Assembly (NCBI GenBank): GCA_021771915.1
Contig: JAETNY010000002.1
Coordinates: 141,825-205,824 of the forward strand
DNA: 64,000 nucleotides
DNA from: Bacillota bacterium
GTDB taxonomy: Bacteria > Bacillota > Dehalobacteriia > UBA4068 > UBA4997
Reading direction: 5' to 3'
Below are positions 17,465 through 25,020 of the stretch, one piece after another. Both the position numbers and the translations under genes were made by a program. Position 1 is the first letter of the stretch. Each line of letters begins with the position of its first letter. The notes under the pieces were generated by a model. The model did no database searches. It saw only the letters and a list, made by a program, of their open reading frames with translations, and was not told the DNA's origin.

Positions 17465-18394
17465 TTATAGTGCTTTTGGCATTGTACTGCCGCCGCTCGC
17501 ATCTCTTTTGGCTTCAGCCATTTGCTCAATCTGCGCCCAGCGGTCAACATTACTCTCCGGCGCCGGCTTTTGCGCCTTTGGCTTATAGCCCAGCCCCCAG
17601 CCGTTTCTGCTGCATTTGCGCACTACCAAATTCCAGTCTTTCCAGTGGTTTTTATTGCCGTTGCTTTGCGCGCTCTCGTCAATGTAAGTAATGCAGCGCT
17701 GCACTTCCTCCTCACCAAAATCTGCCAGCAGGCGCGCATATTGCTCATCAGTCAGCAGAACCCAGCCATATTCGCCATGTTTATGTTTGATTGGTTTTTC
17801 CTTGGTGAGAGCGGCCGGCGGCAAGCCGGGCACACTCTCTTTTTTACTATACTTTTCTTTACTTTTCTTTACTTTTCTTTGTGAATTAATCGACTGATTT
17901 ACTTCATTAATCGGCTGATTTACCGGGTTAATTGGTTGATTATGTGTTTTCAGGTAATAGCAATGCTTCACGGATAACTCGGCCATATCCGCGTCCGTCA
18001 GCAGCCAGATGCTGCCGTCTATGTCAACGGTCTTCCGGGTCACAGTCGCGCTATAAAATGTGCGCTGCGCCCGTTTGGAGGAGATAATCTCACGTTGGAA
18101 AAGGTCGTCGCTAAATAGTCCACACGCCACCAACGCCGTAATAACCTCCGCAACCGTTTCAGGGTTTGGGCAGTACTTGCCCTGCAAATCACCTAATACA
18201 TACCAAATAATCGCGTCCTTATCGCTGTAATCAATGTAATAGCCCTTATCCCGATAAAGCAGGCTTAACAGCGATATATAGACCATTGGCGCCAAATAAC
18301 CATACTGCATTTTAGGCCGCCGCAGTTTTGGGTCGTTCAGCAAATCTACCGAAAACGAGAAGTAATCTAGCCCCTTTTTGCCTGGAGCCGCCAT
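17465..18394 (-). CDS. Phage replisome organiser / replication initiator (Lin1244/DUF4373-like N-terminus)
   Basis: N-terminus KKGLDYFSFSVDLLNDPKLRR is the DUF4373 hallmark. The central linker encodes VNQPIN x3 from internal DNA repeats. Confidence 0.6.
   Translation of the reverse strand: MAAPGKKGLDYFSFSVDLLNDPKLRRPKMQYGYLAPMVYISLLSLLYRDKGYYIDYSDKDAIIWYVLGDLQGKYCPNPETVAEVITALVACGLFSDDLFQREIISSKRAQRTFYSATVTRKTVDIDGSIWLLTDADMAELSVKHCYYLKTHNQPINPVNQPINEVNQSINSQRKVKKSKEKYSKKESVPGLPPAALTKEKPIKHKHGEYGWVLLTDEQYARLLADFGEEEVQRCITYIDESAQSNGNKNHWKDWNLVVRKCSRNGWGLGYKPKAQKPAPESNVDRWAQIEQMAEAKRDASGGSTMPKAL
17851..17943. repeat. Iteron-like tandem repeats inside the replisome organiser gene (candidate phage ori)
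   Basis: ACTTTTCTTT x3 perfect tandem copies at 17851-17880, then three ~20-bp copies of TTAATYGRYTGATTTAC at 17884-17943. Confidence 0.5.
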
Positions 18395-18736
18395 TTTATT
18401 CCCTCTCTTTGGTGCGTTTCTTTAACATATATGTTACTGTTATGATAACACACAACCTATCGGACATAACAGGACGTCTTTTAATGAGCGCAGTCAAAGC
18501 CGCTCCGCGAACTAATCCATTTGTCGACAAGTTGTCGATAGGCAAATGGAATCCTTACTCATTGCCTTTCAGGTCAATGTTAAAAACATTTCTGATATAG
18601 GCAGCAATATCATAGCTAGACACATTTTTAACGATGTTCAGCAGCATATCCCTCTGAATTTTCGCCTGCAAAAGCTCCTCATACAAGTCTGCACTAATTG
18701 TAATCATTAAATCTTTATCCATTATTCAGACCTCCC

Positions 18737-19264
18737 TTAAATTCTTTCATATCCGGCCAGCCGGCTCAATTCGTTCGGCGGCAGGGTTTCAATGCCCAGC
18801 GCTTTAGCGTCCTGAACAAGCTGGTCTATTAAAGCGCTCATTTGCCGTGTATCATAGGTTGATGAACCAAAATACAGCACCACATTGGAGCAGCCCTCCA
18901 GCTTGCTGGGCATAACATCAGCCTGCCAGCCCAAACCATGCGCCGCCCAGCTGCTGCAAAGCCTGTCCACCGCCGCTGCCTGCACGCACACAGTTTCCGA
19001 AACACCGCCGATGTTGCGGATAGCCTCCTGATAAACCTGCTTTTTCTCAATTCGCATAACTTTGGCAATTTTGTCTATCAGCACCCAGGCATAGGCGTTA
19101 GCGTCCAGAGAGCGTTTTTGGCGGTACTTCTTAATTTCAATATCCAAATCCGCTTCGTGCAGATTATCGAACTCTTGCCGGAAGTCGCCGTCAATCTCCA
19201 AAGTCAGCCGCTGCTTGCGATTAAGCCCCACGCTTAAATCCAACAGACGGCCTTTCATAACCAA
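18737..19264 (-). CDS. ninB: NinB/Orf-family recombination mediator
   Basis: KRSLDANAYAWVLIDKIAKVM and GSSTYDTRQMSALIDQLVQDAKALGIE align with the lambda NinB segments NRSLDQNRKLWACLGDVSRQV and GQSTSRMRVGEFAELLELIQAFG. Confidence 0.55.
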   Translation of the reverse strand: MVMKGRLLDLSVGLNRKQRLTLEIDGDFRQEFDNLHEADLDIEIKKYRQKRSLDANAYAWVLIDKIAKVMRIEKKQVYQEAIRNIGGVSETVCVQAAAVDRLCSSWAAHGLGWQADVMPSKLEGCSNVVLYFGSSTYDTRQMSALIDQLVQDAKALGIETLPPNELSRLAGYERI

Positions 19265-19329
19265 TTCCTCCCGAATATCTTCATGCTCAAAACACTTCCC
19301 ACTTATGGGATAATATAATTATATATTTA

Positions 19330-19444
19330 AATACATTTTCTGCCAACCCTGTTTTGGGAAATGATCACAATTTTTTTATTTTCATATTGCATTTTTGGGA
19401 AAAATATATTAAAATATGATTATAATAAACAAAGGAGGCTCTTT
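19330..19444 (+). promoter_or_regulatory. Divergent lysogeny-switch region with a candidate repressor-gene promoter and repeated TTTTGGGAAA boxes
   Basis: TTGCAT, 17 nt, TAAAAT/TATAAT. Two copies of TTTTGGGAAA(A/T) at ~19343 and ~19393. RBS AGGAGG lies before ATG 19445. Confidence 0.35.
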
Positions 19445-20086
19445 ATGTCTACTATTGCAGATAGAATAAATAATGCAATACAATCTACAGGTTTAACATA
19501 TGAAGAAATAGCCAAAAAAACAGGCATATCGAAATCTGCATTACAACGCTATGCAACAGGCGAAACAAAAAAAATTCCCCTTGATAGAATAGAAAAAATA
19601 GCAGAATTTACAAAAATTTCTGCTGCCAGCCTATTAGGCTGGAAAGATGATTCACAGGACATAGATGTATTAAAAATTGATAACATTCTGCCCATAGAAA
19701 CAAAAAGAATACCATTGCTTGGAGATATTGCTTGCGGAATACCTATATTTGCCGATGAGGATTTTTCAACTTTTGTCGAAGCAGCAAGTTCCATTAATGC
19801 TGATTTTTGTTTGCGTGCTAAAGGCGACAGCATGATTGGCGCACGAATTTTTGACGGTGATATTGTTTTTATACACAAACAACCTACCGTTGAAAATGGT
19901 CAAATTGCTGCTGTTATTATTGATGATGAAGCAACATTAAAAAGGGTTTCCTATTTTCCTGAAAAACAAATGCTGATATTAAAACCAGAAAACCCTGCTT
20001 ATCAAGACTTTGTTTATGTTGGCGGAGAACTTAATAACATTCTCATCTTGGGCAAGGCCGTTGCTTTCCAAAGCCTGGTAAAATAA
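19445..20086 (+). CDS. CI/LexA-like phage repressor (XRE HTH plus S24 peptidase)
   Basis: N-terminal HTH (TYEEIAKKTGISKSALQRYATGE). C-terminal S24 domain with GDSM and a downstream Lys (ATLKRV). Confidence 0.75.
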   Translation: MSTIADRINNAIQSTGLTYEEIAKKTGISKSALQRYATGETKKIPLDRIEKIAEFTKISAASLLGWKDDSQDIDVLKIDNILPIETKRIPLLGDIACGIPIFADEDFSTFVEAASSINADFCLRAKGDSMIGARIFDGDIVFIHKQPTVENGQIAAVIIDDEATLKRVSYFPEKQMLILKPENPAYQDFVYVGGELNNILILGKAVAFQSLVK

Positions 20087-20104
20087 CCAAAGGAGTATAT
20101 AATT

Positions 20105-21262
20105 ATGACTATTGAAGAATTGAAAACTTTCTCACAAAGAGTATCACAATTAAAAGAACATGTATCCACAGAAGAAGCAACTAAAATGTCACTTGTAGCT
20201 CCATTTTTTCAGCTTTTGGGCTATGATATTTTTAATCCCTCTGAATTTTGTCCAGAATATACCGCTGATGTTGGCATAAAAAAGGGCGAAAAAGTGGATT
20301 ATGCTATATTAATTAACGGCAATCCAATAATACTAATAGAAGTAAAATCAATCAACAAAAATCTGGACAAGCATAGTTCGCAATTATTTAGATACTTTGC
20401 GACAACCAACGCTCGCTTTGCCATTCTTACAAACGGCATAACCTACCGCTTTTATTCTGACCTAACCGAAAAAAATAAAATGGACAAAGACCCATTCTAT
20501 GAATTTAACATTTTAAATCTTTCGCAAGAAGACTATAATGAAATAACCAAGTTTTCCAAAGACTGTTTTAACGTTTCATCAGTTACCGACAATGCCTCAA
20601 TTTTAATGTATTCTAATCAATTTACAGACTATATAAAAGCCCAGCTGCAAAATCCCAATGATGATTTTGTACGCCTTTTTCTTAAAGACTCTTATTCAGG
20701 CGTAAAAACCCAAAATGTTATAGATAGATTTAGACCAATATTGCGAAAATCCTTAAATGATTTTATTGACAAGCTGGTAAAAGAAAGAATGACCAATCTG
20801 GTCAATAACTCAACCTACACGTCAAATGATGAAACGCCAGGCAAGCCGGAAACGACTACTACTGAACTGGCCTTTTATAATATGGTTCAAAACATACTGG
20901 CTTCATTGGTTAATCCTGATGAAATAACATATAAGAGAACCGAATCTTATTTTGCTGTTCTTTATACAAATAATGTCAGAAAATGGATAGCAAGAATAAT
21001 AATCTCAAGTGCTCAAATGACTTTAATTATTCCTGATGAAAACAAAAACGAAATACGTTATAAAATATCCTCTCTTGATGATATTAATAACTATAGCCAG
21101 CAAATTCAACAAGCCCTGCATTTATATATATCGAATAGTCTGCCACAACTCTATGACAACAAAAAATATTTACATACCAAGTGGGGTATATACGAAAAAC
21201 CAATTCCTTATAAAATCCAAATACCATATGGTGAGAGAATTGATACAAAGCGAGTTGTATAA
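20105..21262 (+). CDS. Orphan HsdR-N-terminal-domain (PD-(D/E)xK nuclease fold) protein; candidate prophage defence gene
   Basis: N-terminal 130 aa match the type I R-subunit N-domain pattern (PFFQLLGY, GEKVDYAILINGNPIILIEVKS, QLFRY, ILTNGITYRFYSD). The remaining ~250 aa have no recognisable motif. AT-rich. Confidence 0.5.
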   Translation: MTIEELKTFSQRVSQLKEHVSTEEATKMSLVAPFFQLLGYDIFNPSEFCPEYTADVGIKKGEKVDYAILINGNPIILIEVKSINKNLDKHSSQLFRYFATTNARFAILTNGITYRFYSDLTEKNKMDKDPFYEFNILNLSQEDYNEITKFSKDCFNVSSVTDNASILMYSNQFTDYIKAQLQNPNDDFVRLFLKDSYSGVKTQNVIDRFRPILRKSLNDFIDKLVKERMTNLVNNSTYTSNDETPGKPETTTTELAFYNMVQNILASLVNPDEITYKRTESYFAVLYTNNVRKWIARIIISSAQMTLIIPDENKNEIRYKISSLDDINNYSQQIQQALHLYISNSLPQLYDNKKYLHTKWGIYEKPIPYKIQIPYGERIDTKRVV

Positions 21263-21313
21263 AGTTAGAATAACAAAAGAAAGGAATTTATATACAAACG
21301 CTGGGAATTTTAA

Positions 21314-21505
21314 TTGAGGGATTGCCGGTTCTTCCCAATACAACCATTACAGTTGAATTGCAAACAGATAAATTCATACTCAAAGTTCTTAGACGAAAAA
21401 AAACAAATTGTTTTAGACGTTAGCAATAACATAAAAGATAGTGAAAATATTGTAAAACACTTTAGAGAATTAAAACCAAACACAAATAATGTTATTCAAT
21501 TATAA
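21314..21505 (+). CDS. Small hypothetical protein
   Basis: 63-aa ORF following the nuclease-domain gene. Confidence 0.2.
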   Translation: MRDCRFFPIQPLQLNCKQINSYSKFLDEKKQIVLDVSNNIKDSENIVKHFRELKPNTNNVIQL

Positions 21506-21627
21506 CAAAAAAAGCCTCTACTCTGTTTGCACCAGAGTAGAGAGCCAATAAAGGAATGAATATGATATACTCACACCCGACAGTAAAGGCAAATTTGACG
21601 CGGAAAAGCAGGCCGATAAATGACTGA

Positions 21628-22410
21628 AAGGCAGTTTTGAAAACCCAACAATGCGTTTCAGCAATCGCAGGCAAAGAGCGCCCACTGTCGACTAAATCGT
21701 TAAAAAACATTCGCGCCTCCATGACGGCAGTTTATGTCTATACCATACGGCACAATATTCTGCTGCTTAAGCCGGAATACCTGCAAATACCCAAGTCTGC
21801 GCCAGTCAATCAGCGCAAAATCTTAACACTGGAGGATATTAAAAGGCTGTTTGATGATAGAATTGAGTCATTTTGGTATATTCATTACGTACATTTTCTG
21901 CTGATAACCGGCCTGCGCCCCGGCCAAGCCGCCGGCATACGCACTGATGAAGATATTCAGAACGACACATTAAAAATCAAACGCAGCATAAACAATATCG
22001 GCAAAATAACTGACGGTAAAAACACCAACGCGCTGCGCTCTCAATATCTGCCAGAAATTGCCCAGAAAATAATTGCCGACCAGCGACAGTTGCTCAAACA
22101 AAACAGTATTATATCACCTTAGCTTTTTCCCAATCCACAGGGCGATATTTCAAGCCCTCACTACATTTATAAAACTTGGGTTCAATTCCGCGACAAAAAC
22201 CAAATTACACCCTGCTCCCTTTATGAGCTGCGCCACACAATGGTTTCCATAACTAAAAACGGCGTGCCAACTCACCTGCTGAAAATGGTTTTAGGTCACA
22301 CCGAAGCCATGGATACATACGGTGTTTACGGTCACGAATTTGCTGGCGATTTACAGAATGTAGCAAATTCAACACAAAATATATTTGAGCAAATTTTGAA
22401 ACAAAAATAA
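21628..22410 (+). pseudogene. int: Tyrosine integrase remnant: 5'-truncated, with in-frame TAG at 22120-22122
   Basis: The same frame continues past the TAG as LFPNPQGDISSPHY...LRHTMVSITKNGVPTHLLKMVLGHTEAMDTYGVYGHE (R-H-R-Y catalytic region). There is no N-terminal arm/core domain; an in-frame TGA sits at 21625. Confidence 0.6.
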
Positions 22411-22537
22411 AAAAATGAAGCTATCTTCAAAAACGAAAATAACCTCATTTTTTAATGCCGATTTTGCAAAACGTGTTATAAATTGTGTTATTGAAAAATA
22501 AAACTTTTTATAATACACACTACAAATGGCTTTTCTC

Positions 22538-22614
22538 TGGTTGCGGAGGCAGGACTTGAACCTACGGCCTTCGGGTTATGAGCCCGACGAGCTACCAACT
22601 GCTCCACTCCGCGT
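22538..22614 (-). tRNA. Initiator tRNA-fMet (anticodon CAT)
   Basis: 77 nt: CGCGGAGTGGAGCAGTTGGTAGCTCGTCGGGCTCATAACCCGAAGGCCGTAGGTTCAAGTCCTGCCTCCGCAACCA. C1:A72 mismatch, three G-C pairs in the anticodon stem, encoded CCA. Confidence 0.8.
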
Positions 22615-22690
22615 CAACAATAACTGAATACTTTAATAGTATATTATATCAGGCAGAAAATGTCAACACAATTTGCTCGACAAATTAATA

Positions 22691-22730
22691 CAAATTTTCA
22701 GGTCTGACGCCCTACCACACGACGTCAGAC
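22691..22730. terminator. GC-rich hairpin, probable terminator of the ABC operon
   Basis: GGTCTGACG-N11-CGTCAGACC stem flanked by T/A-rich runs on both strands. Confidence 0.4.
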
Positions 22731-22795
22731 CCTTTTACTAATCTAAATCACACAAACTCACACAATTTTTAGGCTTTTTTCAACCACTTTTATAA

Positions 22796-23623
22796 TTATT
22801 CCAAATTTAATTTATTTTTCATAATCCAGTTGGTAGCAATAAACATAACAAACAAAACAACCATATAAAAAGCTATTGTTCCCAACATCAAAGTATGAAT
22901 ACCAACAATTTGCTGGTGCATAAAGCCGTTAAAAATGGCGTCAATCGTATCCAAAAGCCAATCCCAGCTAACAATTACACGTCCAAGCAGCTGACCAAGC
23001 ATATAGCAGACAATTTGCAAACCGATATAAGCGCCCACTGAGCAGGCAATCTTTCGATTGTTTGCCATATGACCAATACTCAAGGCCAGATAAACCTCCA
23101 CAATGCTAGTGCCCAGCATCAACAACAAAACCGCCAGACATTCCAGCGCAAACAATGGCCAATGTATACCAAAAGCGATATTCAAATCGTGAATTAAATC
23201 AAATAGACCGCTCCAGAACATTTGCCAGGCATGCCAGTCCATATTCATCAGCATAACGGAAAACGACGCCATAAACAGGCTGGCCACCGACCAGATTACA
23301 GCGCAAATCAGCTTGGAGGCAATATTTTGCGCGGAACTTACCGGCAGTGTATGCATCAAATAGCCCTCGTCACGCAGCAGATTTTTGTAAAAACGCTGCA
23401 CTAGCAAAACCACCGTAATAATGCAGACCGCGCTGACCACACAACTATAAGCAAAAATCAGCAGGGTCATAAAGAAATCGCCCAGATTACCGGAATTGTT
23501 AAAACTAAAACTAAATCCATCGCCCACATTCAGCAGCAATGCCAGCACCAGCAGCGCCCCATAGATTGGCAACAGCGTGCGCCCAGTAAACTTAAATTCA
23601 TATTTCAAAAGTTTAATTAGCAT
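22796..23623 (-). CDS. ABC-2-type transporter permease
   Basis: 275 aa, ~6 TM helices, translationally coupled to the ATPase gene. Confidence 0.55.
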   Translation of the reverse strand: MLIKLLKYEFKFTGRTLLPIYGALLVLALLLNVGDGFSFSFNNSGNLGDFFMTLLIFAYSCVVSAVCIITVVLLVQRFYKNLLRDEGYLMHTLPVSSAQNIASKLICAVIWSVASLFMASFSVMLMNMDWHAWQMFWSGLFDLIHDLNIAFGIHWPLFALECLAVLLLMLGTSIVEVYLALSIGHMANNRKIACSVGAYIGLQIVCYMLGQLLGRVIVSWDWLLDTIDAIFNGFMHQQIVGIHTLMLGTIAFYMVVLFVMFIATNWIMKNKLNLE

Positions 23624-24318
23624 CTAAACACCTCCCGGAAAAGTGCGTCCACACTCATCTTGTTTTCAAAGCGAATATCGTCAACCGATTTATGCAGCAG
23701 AACCTGCCCGTCTTTAATAAAAATAGCTTCGTCCAAAACCTGCTCAATATCCGTAATTAAATGTGTGGAAATCAGCACGCTGGCCTCTGGATTATAGTTA
23801 TTAATAATTGTACGCAGAATATAATCACGCGCAGCCGGGTCAACGCCGGCAATCGGCTCATCAAGACAATACAAACGCGCCGCCCGGCTCATCACCAGAA
23901 TAAGCTGCACCTTTTCCTTATTACCTTTAGAAAGTGTTTTCAGACGCGCATTGCTGTCAATATTCAAACTATTCAACATCTCATCAGCGCGCGTTATATC
24001 AAAATCCGCATAAAAATCAGCAAAAAAACGCAGTGCATCACGTACACGCCAGGTATCGTTCAAATAAGTTCTCTCTGGCAGAAAAGAAACAATTTTTTTG
24101 CTTTCAATGCCCGGCGCATGGCCGTCAATCAGCAGACTGCCGGCGGTTGGCGTCAGCAAACCATTAATCAATTTAAGCAGCGTGGTCTTGCCGCTGCCGT
24201 TCGGCCCCAGCAAGCCAATAATTTTGCCGGACGGCAGTTTAAGGTCAACGCCGTTCAGCGCCTGCTTATGCCCATATGACTTGCGCAGACCGGAACATTC
24301 CAAAATATAACTTTCCAC
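23617..24318 (-). CDS. ABC transporter ATP-binding protein
   Basis: Walker A GPNGSGKTTLLK, signature LSKGNKEKV, Walker B LYCLDEP. Confidence 0.8.
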   Translation of the reverse strand: MESYILECSGLRKSYGHKQALNGVDLKLPSGKIIGLLGPNGSGKTTLLKLINGLLTPTAGSLLIDGHAPGIESKKIVSFLPERTYLNDTWRVRDALRFFADFYADFDITRADEMLNSLNIDSNARLKTLSKGNKEKVQLILVMSRAARLYCLDEPIAGVDPAARDYILRTIINNYNPEASVLISTHLITDIEQVLDEAIFIKDGQVLLHKSVDDIRFENKMSVDALFREVFRC

Positions 24319-24353
24319 TATTACTCACCCTCTTATCGCATTTTTTCAGCATT

Positions 24354-24743
24354 TTAATCTGCTAATTTATCAATAACTTTATCATTTTGCAGATAATCCA
24401 GCAGCAAATCAACTGCCTGCTGAGAATTAAAGCCCAGCTTTTGCATATGCTCAATATAATTGGTCATTTCCTGTTGCGCGCTTTGATAGCGCAGATTTTT
24501 CAGCAGCAGCGTATTATCCGTAATAAATCGCCCACTGGTGCGCTGGCTGTATACCAAACCCAGGCGTTCCAACTCTGCAAGAGCTTTCTGCATAGTGTTG
24601 GGATTTACTGAAGCTTCTGCCGCCAGTTCTCGCACAGAAAGCAACCGCTCGCCCGGCGGATACTCACCGTTAATAATCTTAAGCTTGATATTTTCCACTA
24701 TCTGCAAATACAGCGGTTTATCAAGGTCAAAACTCCAAGCCAT
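24354..24743 (-). CDS. GntR-family (YtrA-like) transcriptional regulator
   Basis: 129 aa with winged HTH (LLSVRELAAEASVNPNTMQKALAELERLGLV). Confidence 0.75.
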   Translation of the reverse strand: MAWSFDLDKPLYLQIVENIKLKIINGEYPPGERLLSVRELAAEASVNPNTMQKALAELERLGLVYSQRTSGRFITDNTLLLKNLRYQSAQQEMTNYIEHMQKLGFNSQQAVDLLLDYLQNDKVIDKLAD

Positions 24744-24782
24744 TATTTTCCCCCTTTGTATAAATGTTAGTGCATTTAGGCA

Positions 24783-24828
24783 CCAACTGTATAATTGTAT
24801 TAATCAACTAATACAATTATACAGTTGG
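24783..24828. promoter_or_regulatory. Perfect 20-bp inverted repeat upstream of the GntR gene (candidate operator)
   Basis: CCAACTGTATAATTGTATTA-ATCAAC-TAATACAATTATACAGTTGG, which also contains TATAAT. Confidence 0.5.
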
Positions 24829-25020
24829 ATACCAAATTTGTCAAGTCCTTTTTTCATAGTTTACCACAAATTTTTTTATCAGTGATATTTTACAAGAATT
24901 TTATCTCGGATAAAATTTTCTACTTAAATATATTTTACAAGAATTTTACAAGAATTTGAGCGCGGATTTTACTTTAGGCAATTAAAATAGAGATAACTTA
25001 TTGATAAATGGAGAGTTAAT

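Larger units (their letters stand above)
1..22537. mobile_element. Prophage-derived, head-less contractile-tail (PBSX-like/tailocin-like) element. Left end is off-window; right end abuts tRNA-fMet
   Basis: Contiguous minus-strand tail, lysis and replication genes plus CI repressor and an integrase remnant next to a tRNA. No terminase, portal or capsid ORFs on either strand. Confidence 0.6.

Noticed and set aside
17851-17943. CRISPR-like array
   Set aside because: Repeats are 10-20 bp, lie inside an ORF, have no unique spacers and no cas genes. Iterons fit better.
1-18400. Head genes hidden on the plus strand or in small ORFs
   Set aside because: All plus-strand ORFs in this span are antisense shadows. 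No ORF of 300 aa or more with terminase, portal or capsid features exists on either strand.
21517-21543. Hairpin CTCTACTCTG-TTTGCAC-CAGAGTAGAG as a terminator
   Set aside because: The T-run is on the minus strand only and there is no upstream minus-strand gene. Function unclear, so not called.
21628-22410. In-frame TAG in the integrase as evidence of TAG stop-codon recoding in the phage
   Set aside because: No other gene in the element shows in-frame TAG. The only tRNA present has a CAT anticodon, not a CUA suppressor. The gene is also 5'-truncated, so pseudogene is the simpler reading.
22538-22614. Elongator tRNA-Met or tRNA-Ile(CAU)
   Set aside because: C1:A72 mismatch and GGG/CCC anticodon-stem pairs are initiator-specific features.
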